A stretch of DNA of 64,000 nt from Candidatus Uhrbacteria bacterium RIFCSPHIGHO2_02_FULL_46_47 (GTDB taxonomy: Bacteria; Patescibacteriota; Patescibacteriia; GWA2-47-26). Shown here piece by piece: positions 48,308 through 57,705 of this stretch. Below the pieces are notes generated by a model that did no database searches, was not told the DNA's origin, and saw only the letters and a list, made by a program, of their open reading frames with translations. A program made the position numbers and the translations under genes. Location: assembly GCA_001790815.1 (NCBI GenBank), contig MGDU01000018.1:788-64787 (forward strand), written 5' to 3'. The number at the start of each line of letters is the position of its first letter. Position 1 is the first letter of the stretch.

Positions 48308-48425
48308 GCACTTTATGTGCCGCTTAAGCGGGAGATAAACTCCCGCGCTACATTGCGCAGGCTAAAGACCTGCGACTACCTTCAAGCTACATTGCGCAGG
48401 CTAAAGACCTGCGACTACCTTCAAG
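48308..48425. repeat. dprA leader with two hairpins followed by a perfect tandem duplication of a 39-nt unit (gctacattgcgcaggctaaagacctgcgactaccttcaa x2), each unit containing a hairpin
   Basis: Read directly. Confidence 0.7.
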
Positions 48426-48434
48426 TAGAAAAAT

Positions 48435-49667
48435 ATGGAAAACGAAAAAATTTACTACCAAGCGCTGGCGAGGTTTGATAAAATCGGGCCGTTGCGGTTG
48501 CGGACGCTTTTGAAAAGTTTCACATCCGTGGAGCAGATTTGGCACGCCTCGGCCCAAGACCTTACCCGCTCTGGATTGGATGAAAATGTTGCGACGGAAT
48601 TTGTGTCCTGGCGCAAAGACCAGGATATTGAAAAGCAGTGGGAAGAGTTGCAGAAAGAAGGGATACAGGTGGTGACGTGGGGGGATGCTCCCCCTCACCT
48701 GGCCTCCGGCCATCCTCTCCCTCAGGGAGAGGGACGGGGTGAGGGAAAATATCCATCACTCCTTGCTGAGATTCATGATCCGCCGCATACATTGTTTGTG
48801 AGAACAGCACACCCCCTCCTAACCTCCCCCATCAAGAGGGAGGGACAAATTGGTAGTTCCCCTCCCCTGGTGGGAGGGGTTAGGGGAGGGGAAATTTTTG
48901 ACAACACCTTCACCCTTGCGGTGGTGGGGACGCGCATGGCTACTACTTATGGCCGACAAATTGTAGAGCAGATTGTTGGGCCGCTGGCGCGCTCAGGACT
49001 AACTATTGTTTCCGGACTGGCCCTGGGAGTTGACGCGCTGGCACATGATGTAACTGTACGCGAAGGTGGAACTACCATTGCCGTGCTTGGCGGCGGGTGC
49101 GATCGCGCTTCAATTTATCCTACGAGCAACCGCGCCTTAGCCGAGAGGATCATTGAAAAAGGTGGCGCAGTAATTTCTGAATATCCGCCAGGTACTTTAG
49201 CCATGCCATTTCATTTCCCGCATCGCAATCGCATTATCTCCGGCATGAGCCGCGGTACTTTTGTTATTGAGGCCACTGAAGATTCTGGTTCGCTCATTAC
49301 CGCAAAGCACGCGCTTGAGCAAAACCGCGAAGTGTTTACAGTGCCCGGCGATATTACCCGCGATACATCGCGCGGGCCAAACAATCTTTTGAAAATGGGC
49401 GCGCACCCGGTACTTTGCGCTGATGATATTTTGGACGCGCTGAATTTGCAAGATTTAAAAGCCACAATTGAAGCGCGAAAAATCATGCCGGATGATCCAA
49501 CTGAAGAGAAGATTTTGGCGCACTTGGGAGATGAGCCAGTGCACATTGACGAGCTTGTGGAAAAGACACAAATGCAAGCTGGCGAAACTGCTTCATGCTT
49601 GACACTTATGGAAATGAAAGGTAAAGTCCGGCATATTGGAGGAATGAACTATGTGCTCGCGCACTGA
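48435..49667 (+). CDS. dprA: DNA processing protein DprA (Rossmann-like plus C-terminal wHTH) with two in-frame GEGEG-family insertions
   Basis: …LTIVSGLALGVDALAHD…GGGTIAVLGGG…. Confidence 0.9.
   Translation: MENEKIYYQALARFDKIGPLRLRTLLKSFTSVEQIWHASAQDLTRSGLDENVATEFVSWRKDQDIEKQWEELQKEGIQVVTWGDAPPHLASGHPLPQGEGRGEGKYPSLLAEIHDPPHTLFVRTAHPLLTSPIKREGQIGSSPPLVGGVRGGEIFDNTFTLAVVGTRMATTYGRQIVEQIVGPLARSGLTIVSGLALGVDALAHDVTVREGGTTIAVLGGGCDRASIYPTSNRALAERIIEKGGAVISEYPPGTLAMPFHFPHRNRIISGMSRGTFVIEATEDSGSLITAKHALEQNREVFTVPGDITRDTSRGPNNLLKMGAHPVLCADDILDALNLQDLKATIEARKIMPDDPTEEKILAHLGDEPVHIDELVEKTQMQAGETASCLTLMEMKGKVRHIGGMNYVLAH
48691..48894. repeat. two GEGEG-family element copies inside dprA (48691..48747 and the variant 48812..48894)
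   Basis: cctccggccatcctctccctcagggagagggacggggtgaggg; cccctcctaacctccccc…gggaggggttaggggagggg. Confidence 0.8.
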
Positions 49668-49669
49668 TA

Positions 49670-49783
49670 TGATACGAATCAGCGAATATCTGACGAATCT
49701 ACCAATATACGAATTGAGTAAGGATTTCGTAGATTCGCATATTCGTTGATTCGCTATAAGATTTGTAGATTCGTATCATAATA
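49670..49783. repeat. long hairpin 'atgatacgaatc…gattcgtatcat' abutting the topA start codon
   Basis: Same family as 16488..16577. Confidence 0.7.
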
Positions 49784-51969
49784 TGAAGCTCATCATTGTT
49801 GAATCCCCTACTAAAGCCAAGACGCTCTCCAAATTCCTCGGGAGTGATTTTGTTGTTAAATCCTCCTTTGGCCATATTCGTGATTTGCCTAAAAGCAATA
49901 AAGACGCGGTGGATATTGCCGGCGGTTTTGTGCCGCGCTATCAGATCTTGAAAGAGAAACAAAAAGTCATTGCGGAATTACGCGAAGCCGCGGAAAAGGC
50001 GGACGAAGTCATTTTGTCCCCTGATCCTGATCGCGAAGGTGAAGCAATTGCCTGGCATTTGGCGCAGGTCATTGGCCTTAAAAACCCCAAGCGCAGTGTT
50101 TTCCATGAAATAACGCAGCGTGCTGTGGCGGAGGCGCTGGCGCATCCGCGCGAGATTGATAATCAACTGGTGCGCGCTCAAGAAGCCCGCCGGGTTTTGG
50201 ATCGCCTGTTTGGCTATGATCTTTCCGGTTTAATTTGGAAAAAAGTTCGCTATGGCTTGTCAGCTGGACGCGTGCAATCCCCAGCACTGCGCATACTTAT
50301 GGAGCGCGAGCGCGAAATTCGAGCGTTTGTGCCGGAAAAATTCTGGGTCATAAGCGCGAACCTTAAAACAAAGTCTGGCGGAGCCTTTACCGCCACTTGC
50401 GTAGAAGAACCAAAAACCGAACCAGAAGCCAAAAAGATATTAACGGCGGCGCAAACCGGAACATGGTTTGTCAAAGATATTGAAGAATCAGAGCAGTCCC
50501 GCGCGGCGCGTCCACCCTTTACCACCTCTACTTTACAACAAACTGCCAGCACCCGTTTGGGATTTTCTCCATCACGCACCATGCGTATAGCGCAAAAACT
50601 GTACGAAGCCGGACACATTACCTACATGCGCACCGACAGCGTACATCTGGCGCAGGAAGCACAAGCGAATTTTATCGCGGTGATTAAAAAAGAGTTTGGT
50701 GAAAATTACGCCGAGCCGCGTGAGTACAAAACCAAAAGCAAATCCGCGCAAGAAGCGCACGAGGCAATTCGACCAACTGACGCAGCTGTGCGCGCCTGCG
50801 GCGCGAATGAAGAAGAGAAAAAATTATACGTGCTTATTCGTGCGCGGGCGCTGGCCAGTCAAATGTCTGACGCGCGCATTGCCCGCACCAAAATCATTGC
50901 TAACATCTCCAACAGTTCCCTTCCTGATTTTGCCGTAAATGGTTCGCGCGTGGTGTTTGAAGGATGGCTTAAGGCTGACCCGTCTGCCCGCGGTGAAGAT
51001 GTTGAACTTCCCAAAACCGCAAAGAACGATCCGCTCACACTTATGGAGGCGGCCTTTGAAGGCAAGGAAACCCAACCGCCCGGACGCTATAGTGAAGCCG
51101 GATTGGTTAAGGAGCTGGAGAAGCGTGATATTGGACGGCCGTCTACCTATGCCTCCATTATCAAAACCCTGGAGGACCGCGGCTATGTGGAAAAACAAAA
51201 TCGCACACTCATGCCCACTGCGACCGGAGACGTGGTCAGCTCATTTATTGAAGAAAATTTTGGCGACTACATTTCCGATACTTTTACCGCGGAAATGGAA
51301 AATGAGCTGGACGAAATTGCCGAGGGTAAACGCACCTATGAAGGGACGCTCACGGAATTTTACGAGCCCTTTCACAAAGCTGTCAAAGGGAAAAGCGGAG
51401 TAGCCAAAATTACCGAAATGGGAGCGGCGCCAAAAGAATTTCCCTGCCCGATTTGCGGCAAGGCCATGGTGTATAAACTTTCGCGCACCGGCCGTTTTAT
51501 GAGTTGCGTTGATTTTCCAAAATGCCTTGGCGCGCGCAAAGAAGACGGCAGTGTTATCGCGCCACCCAAAGAAATTGGAGAAACCTGCCCGGAATGTAGC
51601 CGCCTGCCTGCCGGTAGGCAGGGCCAATTGATTGAACGTGAAGGACGGTTCGGCCGATTTATCGCGTGCAGTAATTATCCAAAATGCAAATTTATTAAAA
51701 AAGGTGAGGCGGAGGAAGCCAAAGGAAAAACCGGCGTGCAATGCCCGATATGCAAGAAGGGAGAGATGGTTGAGCGGCGCGGCAAATTCGGCGTTTTTTA
51801 TTCCTGCTCCAATTATCCAGATTGCAAAAATGCTATCAAAGCGCGGCCGACCGGACGACTTTGTAATTTGTGCGGCGCCCTATATATGCTCGGTACCAAA
51901 ACAATTCCGGAGCGCTGTTCAAACAAAGACTGCCCAAATCACAATCCGCATAAATTGAAAGCGAATTAG
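49783..51969 (+). CDS. topA: DNA topoisomerase I with C-terminal zinc ribbons
   Basis: TOPRIM MKLIIVESPTKAK…, multiple CxxC ribbons. Confidence 0.97.
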   Translation: MKLIIVESPTKAKTLSKFLGSDFVVKSSFGHIRDLPKSNKDAVDIAGGFVPRYQILKEKQKVIAELREAAEKADEVILSPDPDREGEAIAWHLAQVIGLKNPKRSVFHEITQRAVAEALAHPREIDNQLVRAQEARRVLDRLFGYDLSGLIWKKVRYGLSAGRVQSPALRILMEREREIRAFVPEKFWVISANLKTKSGGAFTATCVEEPKTEPEAKKILTAAQTGTWFVKDIEESEQSRAARPPFTTSTLQQTASTRLGFSPSRTMRIAQKLYEAGHITYMRTDSVHLAQEAQANFIAVIKKEFGENYAEPREYKTKSKSAQEAHEAIRPTDAAVRACGANEEEKKLYVLIRARALASQMSDARIARTKIIANISNSSLPDFAVNGSRVVFEGWLKADPSARGEDVELPKTAKNDPLTLMEAAFEGKETQPPGRYSEAGLVKELEKRDIGRPSTYASIIKTLEDRGYVEKQNRTLMPTATGDVVSSFIEENFGDYISDTFTAEMENELDEIAEGKRTYEGTLTEFYEPFHKAVKGKSGVAKITEMGAAPKEFPCPICGKAMVYKLSRTGRFMSCVDFPKCLGARKEDGSVIAPPKEIGETCPECSRLPAGRQGQLIEREGRFGRFIACSNYPKCKFIKKGEAEEAKGKTGVQCPICKKGEMVERRGKFGVFYSCSNYPDCKNAIKARPTGRLCNLCGALYMLGTKTIPERCSNKDCPNHNPHKLKAN

Positions 51970-52391
51970 CGGATTAGAGATTAGCGAATTAGCTTATGGC
52001 TCACACATTTTATGAACTTAACATTTGGAAAAAGGGGCATGAACTTCTTATAGAAGTATACAAAGTAACGGCCAAATATCCACCTACTGAAAAGTACGGC
52101 CTTAGTAATGATACTAGGCGTTCTGGCAACTCTATCATTGCAAATATCGCGGAAGCGCACGGTAGATATTTTTTTGCCGATAAAGTGCGCGTCCTTTATA
52201 TTGCCCGCGGGGAAGTGGAAGAAATACGGAGTCATTTGAGAGTTGCGGAAAGTCTTAGTTATATTTCAAATGAAAAATTCCAGTGGTTTGATCAAGAATA
52301 TGAGGGTCTCGCAAAAGGCATAAGTAGCTACATTGCTAGCCTGGAACAACAATCCCAAAATCAACACGACTAATTCGCTCAATTCGCTAAT
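51961..52391. mobile_element. second hairpin-flanked cassette carrying a four-helix-bundle protein gene (IRs gcgaattagcggattagagattagcgaattagc / taattcgctcaattcgctaattagc); the left IR overlaps the last codons of topA
   Basis: Read directly. Confidence 0.6.
51996..52373 (+). CDS. four-helix-bundle protein (23S rRNA IVS protein family)
   Basis: …GHELLIEVYKVTAKYPPTEKYGLSNDTRRSGNSIIANIAEAHGRYFFADKVRVLYIARGEVEE…. Confidence 0.85.
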   Translation: MAHTFYELNIWKKGHELLIEVYKVTAKYPPTEKYGLSNDTRRSGNSIIANIAEAHGRYFFADKVRVLYIARGEVEEIRSHLRVAESLSYISNEKFQWFDQEYEGLAKGISSYIASLEQQSQNQHD

Positions 52392-52570
52392 TAGCTAATC
52401 CTCTCTTAAATACAAAGACAGCCGGACAGGCTAACCCCTAAAACCAAAGTAATAAGAGGGCGCGCTGCCGGCCGTCACCGATTAGTATATCCACACGCGT
52501 TCCCCTTGACAATACCCGTGTCAAGCGATAACATAAGACTGTAATAAGAGGAATCCCAAAAACCAGGAAA

Positions 52571-52607
52571 TGCCCGATGTGCAAACACTGGGCATTTTCT
52601 TTTATCA
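52571..52607 (+). terminator. rho-independent terminator (aaatgcccgatgtgcaaacactgggcattt followed by tcttttat)
   Basis: Read directly. Confidence 0.5.
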
Positions 52608-52713
52608 TCTTGACAGGAATCTGCTTTTACTCTATTCTGAACACAGAAGTTGACGCATGATCTGCAATAATGTAGATGATGTAAGTTCAACTGCACCTTA
52701 ACAAGGAACAAAC

Positions 52714-54015
52714 ATGCCAGTCACTGAGCTGCTTGCGCTCGTAGATCCTGATCTACCGCGCACCAGTTCAGGGTTGCGCGGTCTATATAAAATCAATTGC
52801 GGCAAGGCCACAAGAATGCGGGAACTTACAAATCTTGTGAGATCACTAGAATCCGCAGGAGGCATCACTGCCCAACGGTACATCATCTGGGCATACTTCC
52901 AAAGGCTCGTGCTTGGGCCGCAAAACGTGTCAGACTCGCAACTCCCGCTTCCACTTCTTGGGGATCCAAACGAACTTTACCAGGCACTTTGCGAACGACT
53001 CATGATCGTGCGCAAAGCGTTACGTAAGTTCCTTCGTCCTTACATCCCAGAACATCTTATACGCGCGCTTTTTTCACGCCATGCTGAAGAAGAGCCACTC
53101 CAAGACATCACGGCAATCGTGATACCGAGTTTCGGGATCATGCCGAAGGAATGGAACCCTTCTTCAGAAGAGCGAAGACTTTCCTTTGAATTACAGCGCG
53201 ACTGTATACTTACGTTCATCAATTACGACCTGCTCAAGCGTGGCAAATGGATCGGTTATAAACGAAGTCACGAGGATTTTCAAGATGTGGCGGAATTCCT
53301 CGTATCGCAAGGGCTACTGGATTCAATACCCGAGCATAAAATAGTGGCTTCGCTGCACGATCCGGGAAACGCGCTACGAACCGTGTGGATTCATGGCATC
53401 GACGGCTTTGCGCCGCCTTATCAGAATCATCTGACGCATCGCACTACAAAACTTGCTTTCACGCATCTGCGCATGGAAGATCACGCTATCCCGGTAATAA
53501 TGCAAGTGCGCAGAAAAGGATTTCTGCAAACGCTCGGAAAATGGCGTGCGGTATATACAGAAAAGCAACAGAAAACGCTTGACCTGGTGCATGACCGGAG
53601 AGGCATTTGTTTTGCCTATAAGTCAATGGAAGAACTTGAGGAGGGAGCGGCTTTCTTGCGTAAACGCCTTCCCTTTAATCAAATTCTTGGAAACGTATGG
53701 GAGCAGTACCATGAATCGCCGGGAGACAACCCCCATAGTGCTTCCAACTTCAGAGCGATTGCCTACTACCGACTGCTTTGCAAATCACCCGGGCGGCGGT
53801 ATCAACTCCAACATCGCCTGATGTCGCAACACATTGGTCTTGTGCATTGCCGGGGAGCAGAAAATCATACTCTTTACCATCTGCGGCAATATACTACCAA
53901 ACCTAATGGCCTGCTTTACTGGCTATTTCCCAAAAGTATCTATGGGATTGATTGGGGAGATGCAACAGTCTTTGAGGAGCTCCTTCATCACGCACTCGCG
54001 TCGCTTCCCGCTTAG
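52714..54015 (+). CDS. hypothetical protein (433 aa), co-oriented with and 71 nt upstream of rel
   Basis: ORF track; no motif recognised. Confidence 0.55.
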   Translation: MPVTELLALVDPDLPRTSSGLRGLYKINCGKATRMRELTNLVRSLESAGGITAQRYIIWAYFQRLVLGPQNVSDSQLPLPLLGDPNELYQALCERLMIVRKALRKFLRPYIPEHLIRALFSRHAEEEPLQDITAIVIPSFGIMPKEWNPSSEERRLSFELQRDCILTFINYDLLKRGKWIGYKRSHEDFQDVAEFLVSQGLLDSIPEHKIVASLHDPGNALRTVWIHGIDGFAPPYQNHLTHRTTKLAFTHLRMEDHAIPVIMQVRRKGFLQTLGKWRAVYTEKQQKTLDLVHDRRGICFAYKSMEELEEGAAFLRKRLPFNQILGNVWEQYHESPGDNPHSASNFRAIAYYRLLCKSPGRRYQLQHRLMSQHIGLVHCRGAENHTLYHLRQYTTKPNGLLYWLFPKSIYGIDWGDATVFEELLHHALASLPA

Positions 54016-54086
54016 CGCTACTTCCGAGAGGTGGCGCTCTTTTTTATCTTGACGCACGCGATGTAAAACGCTATACTGCACAATAT

Positions 54087-55580
54087 ATGGATGAACTTCT
54101 GCAGTCACTTCTTTCCGCAGTTACAGGAACTTTTTCTTCCGCGGATATTCAACTTGTAGAGCGTGCGTATAATTTTGCATTTAAAGCACACACAAACCAA
54201 ACGCGATTAAATGGCATGCCTTTTATTACGCATTCCGTCGGCACGGCAGAATTGCTTGCACAATGGAAATTACCTCCTCTTCTTGTAGTTGCCGGACTTT
54301 TGCATGATGTACCGGAGGATACTCCTCTTACTATCAGTGATATTGAAAAAGAATTCGGCAAAGAAATTGCGAACATTGTTGAAGGAGAGACGAAGCTCGA
54401 TCATCTTAAATATCAGGGAGTTGAACGTTACGCCGAAAATCTTCGCAAAATGTTCCTTGCAATAGCAAGCGATATACGGGTTATTTTTGTAAAATTCGCG
54501 GATAGAATTCATAATCTACAAACGCTTGAAGGCATTCCGGAATATAAACAACAACGCATTGCGCTTGAAAGCCTTGAAATCTACGCGCCGATTGCCAATC
54601 GTTTGGGAATGGGCGCGATTCGCGGTGAACTAGAAGATCTTTCTTTCAAATATGTGCATCCTGCAGAATATGCATGGGTCACCTCGCTTGTTCAAGATCG
54701 TCTTAAATATAAAGAAGGGTACCTTGAAACAATCAAAACAATTATTGAGAAAGATCTTAAACAAGGCGGGATTATTCCGATTTCCATTCACGGCCGCACA
54801 AAACACCTTTACAGTTTGTACAAAAAACTTCTTGAAAAAGATCGCGATATTTCTAAAGTATACGATATTGTGGCCGAGCGTATTATTGTGCCAACTGTTC
54901 AAGATTGTTATGCGACGCTTGGCATTCTACACCAACGTTGGAAGCCATTAAAAGGACGCATTAAAGATTACATTGCTCAGCCAAAACCCAATGGCTATCA
55001 ATCTATACACACGACTATTTTTTGCGACGATGGCGAGATTGTAGAGTTCCAAATCCGCACCCCGCAGATGCATGAGGAGGCAGAGTACGGTATCGCGGCA
55101 CATTGGTTTTATGTGGACAAAGGCAAAAAAATCGTGGTAATGGATCACCACTTAAGCTGGCTTAAAGATCTGGTCAAGATTCAAAAAAATATCAATGACC
55201 GCACGAAATTTCTTGAAGCTCTTGAATCTCTCAAAATTGATTTTTTCAATAATCGTATTTTTGTCTTTACTCCCAATGGCGATGTTATTGATCTTCCGGA
55301 AGGAGCCACGCCGGTTGATTTTGCTTATGCCATTCATACTGAAATTGGCAATCATTGCACCTCCGCGCGCGTCAATGATAAAATGACCCAACTGAATGTA
55401 CCTCTACAATCTGGCGATGTAGTTAAAATTACTACTGATAAAAATCGCAAAGGTCCCTCGCCGGATTGGCTCGATTCTGTAAAAACAAATCATGCCCGCG
55501 CAAAGATTAAAGAAGCCGTAAAAAAAACAAAATTCTCGGGCTGGCTCCGAGAGCTCGTGCACCATCGGAAATCAAACTGA
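54087..55580 (+). CDS. rel: RelA/SpoT-family (p)ppGpp synthetase/hydrolase (HD plus synthetase plus TGS, no ACT)
   Basis: HD motif LLHDVPEDT; synthetase EFQIRTPQMHEEAEYGIAAHW; TGS FVFTPNGDVIDLPEGATPVDFAYAIHTEIG. Confidence 0.92.
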   Translation: MDELLQSLLSAVTGTFSSADIQLVERAYNFAFKAHTNQTRLNGMPFITHSVGTAELLAQWKLPPLLVVAGLLHDVPEDTPLTISDIEKEFGKEIANIVEGETKLDHLKYQGVERYAENLRKMFLAIASDIRVIFVKFADRIHNLQTLEGIPEYKQQRIALESLEIYAPIANRLGMGAIRGELEDLSFKYVHPAEYAWVTSLVQDRLKYKEGYLETIKTIIEKDLKQGGIIPISIHGRTKHLYSLYKKLLEKDRDISKVYDIVAERIIVPTVQDCYATLGILHQRWKPLKGRIKDYIAQPKPNGYQSIHTTIFCDDGEIVEFQIRTPQMHEEAEYGIAAHWFYVDKGKKIVVMDHHLSWLKDLVKIQKNINDRTKFLEALESLKIDFFNNRIFVFTPNGDVIDLPEGATPVDFAYAIHTEIGNHCTSARVNDKMTQLNVPLQSGDVVKITTDKNRKGPSPDWLDSVKTNHARAKIKEAVKKTKFSGWLRELVHHRKSN

Positions 55581-56498
55581 CTATTCTGCTGAACCAGAGA
55601 TTTTACCGATAATTTCACTATAATCCTGATCTGAATAAAACTGGATCACAATCTTGCCGCGCTCGCCACTTTTTTCTATTTGTACTTTTGTATTAAGCGT
55701 CTCGCGCAACCGCATCTCATCCGCAAGAAGTGCTGGATCTTTGGTACTGGTACGTTTTCTTCGAATTTTAGGCGCGGCAAGATCCTGCGCCTCGCGCACT
55801 GTTAGACCTTCCCCGACCATGCGGTCAAACACTTCCTTGCGCGCGCGCGGATTATCAATGGATAGAAGGATACGCGCGTGTGCCGGACTGATTTTGCCTG
55901 AAGCAACTGATGTCTGCATCTCAGTTGGAAGCTCTAAAAGCCGCAAGGCGTTAGAAATTGATTCTCGGCTTTTACCAGCTTTCTTTGCGGCTTCTTCCTG
56001 CGTCAAACCAAATGTCTCAACTAGTTCGCGATATGCTTCTGCTTCCTCTATAGGATTGAGATCTTGCCGCTGTATATTTTCAATAAGCGATAGTTCCAAT
56101 TTTTCAAGATCGTCCGCATGGCGCACTACCACTGGCACAGTTTTCAATTTCAGCATTTTGACTGCCCGCAAACGCCGCTCGCCAGCAATAAGCTCAAAAC
56201 GCCCATCGTTTTTTTCAGTAACAATGAGCGGTTCCAAAATCCCGTACTCTTTAATTGAAGCTTTCAGCTCCTGGAGTTTTTCCTCATTAAAAATCGTGCG
56301 CGGCTGGCGCGGATTAGGATCAATGCGATCAGGCGCAACCTGAAGCACGCTCATCACCTCCCCCTCATCAGGATCGTGGGGCGGAAGCACCCTCACCCTA
56401 TCCTCTCCCTGGGGGAGAGGGTGGCCGGAGGTCGGGTGAGGGGTGGGGGCAATGACTCCCGGAATAAGCGAACTTAAACCCTTGCCAAAAGTATCCAT
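55581..56498 (-). CDS. parB: chromosome partitioning protein ParB with an in-frame GEGEG insertion near the N-terminus
   Basis: …KGLSSLIPG…; HTH …GLTQEEAAKKAGKSRESISNALRLL…. Confidence 0.92.
   Translation of the reverse strand: MDTFGKGLSSLIPGVIAPTPHPTSGHPLPQGEDRVRVLPPHDPDEGEVMSVLQVAPDRIDPNPRQPRTIFNEEKLQELKASIKEYGILEPLIVTEKNDGRFELIAGERRLRAVKMLKLKTVPVVVRHADDLEKLELSLIENIQRQDLNPIEEAEAYRELVETFGLTQEEAAKKAGKSRESISNALRLLELPTEMQTSVASGKISPAHARILLSIDNPRARKEVFDRMVGEGLTVREAQDLAAPKIRRKRTSTKDPALLADEMRLRETLNTKVQIEKSGERGKIVIQFYSDQDYSEIIGKISGSAE
56388..56452. repeat. GEGEG element copy inside parB
   Basis: ccctcaccctatcctctccctgggggagagggtggccggaggtcgggtgaggggtggggg. Confidence 0.8.
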
Positions 56499-56501
56499 AC
56501 T

Positions 56502-57704
56502 TTATTTGAAATTTGAAAAAGCTAATTTCTGCTGATTAATGAACGCTAAATTTCGGATATCAATTTTTTTAACTTTAATTTCGGATATTGCTTCTGTTTT
56601 TCCGGTTTTATGAATTACAAATAGATATTCTTTATTAGACCCATTTTTTTCGTTAATCCATTCGTTCGTTGTTCGGGTAATTGTTGACATCACATTCTTT
56701 TTATAATCCATCTCAATAATAGAAACTTTTTTCTTTAAATCTTTGAGAATTTCTTTTATTGCTTGTAAAGTAGCCCTACCATTATTGTTATATGATAAAA
56801 CCACATATTTAGCCGGTGCATTTTTTATCAATTTTTCTATAGCATCAATAACTATATATTGACCTTTATCATTTTTTCTAAACTCTTCAAAAACAGAGCC
56901 TGAGATCATATCGCCCACATCTTCCCGTCTGTTTGCTACTCCAACCAATTTTGGTTGATCATTCAAACAAATTGTTTTCCAAATATGATAATACGAGGCA
57001 TATCGCACCCGAGAGGGTGGCATTAACTCGTTTGAAGAACCATAAGGCGGATCATAATACGCCAAATCAACTTCAATATCATTTACTAAATCAAAAATAT
57101 CTTTTTGATAAACTTTGTGTGGCTTTTCATCAATAATCAAACGAGGCACCTCCATTTTCATTATATTGTAGGCGCGAGGAGCCCATTTTTTCAAATACGA
57201 AACTTGATGACCAACAGAACTATCAACTTTATCCATCGCTATAATTAAACTGGTAAGTAGTACTGATTTTTCAATTTCTTCATTCGCGATTTTATCAATT
57301 TCTTCTCTTATTGCGTCCAATTTTTTAGTATTGTGTATTTGCCAAATTCTTTTTCTGCCGTCTTCTTGTATAGCCGAGCCGCCGTTCGGCTTGCCGCCAT
57401 AATTTTCAGAAAACCAGCCGTATTTCCCGGGAAGTTTATTAAGATGCTCTATCATCGGCAAATAATAACTTACTGGTCTTCTATTTAGAAGATAGCATTC
57501 ACCAAAAACTTTGGACCAATCCGCGATATCGTTGGCATAAACGGTATAGCCGGCTTGCTTTAATGCTTGGGAAACTCTTGTTGTCCCGGAAAAACCATCT
57601 AAAACCGTTTTAACATTCATTGGCCTTATCAATTCTAACAAAGCAGGAAGTATTTCCCTTTTAGAACCGGTGTATTTTACTCCTTGTGTTTTAAGATCAA
57701 ACAT
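56502..57704 (-). CDS. Dam/DpnM-family N6-adenine DNA methyltransferase (type II); AT-rich
   Basis: N-terminal KYTGSKREILPALLELI; DPPY motif (LAYYDPPYG); GC about 38%. Confidence 0.85.
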   Translation of the reverse strand: MFDLKTQGVKYTGSKREILPALLELIRPMNVKTVLDGFSGTTRVSQALKQAGYTVYANDIADWSKVFGECYLLNRRPVSYYLPMIEHLNKLPGKYGWFSENYGGKPNGGSAIQEDGRKRIWQIHNTKKLDAIREEIDKIANEEIEKSVLLTSLIIAMDKVDSSVGHQVSYLKKWAPRAYNIMKMEVPRLIIDEKPHKVYQKDIFDLVNDIEVDLAYYDPPYGSSNELMPPSRVRYASYYHIWKTICLNDQPKLVGVANRREDVGDMISGSVFEEFRKNDKGQYIVIDAIEKLIKNAPAKYVVLSYNNNGRATLQAIKEILKDLKKKVSIIEMDYKKNVMSTITRTTNEWINEKNGSNKEYLFVIHKTGKTEAISEIKVKKIDIRNLAFINQQKLAFSNFK

Positions 57705-57705
57705 A

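Noticed and set aside
48348-48425. Tandem 39-nt repeats considered as a CRISPR array
   Set aside because: Only two units, directly abutting with no spacer, and no cas genes anywhere in the window.
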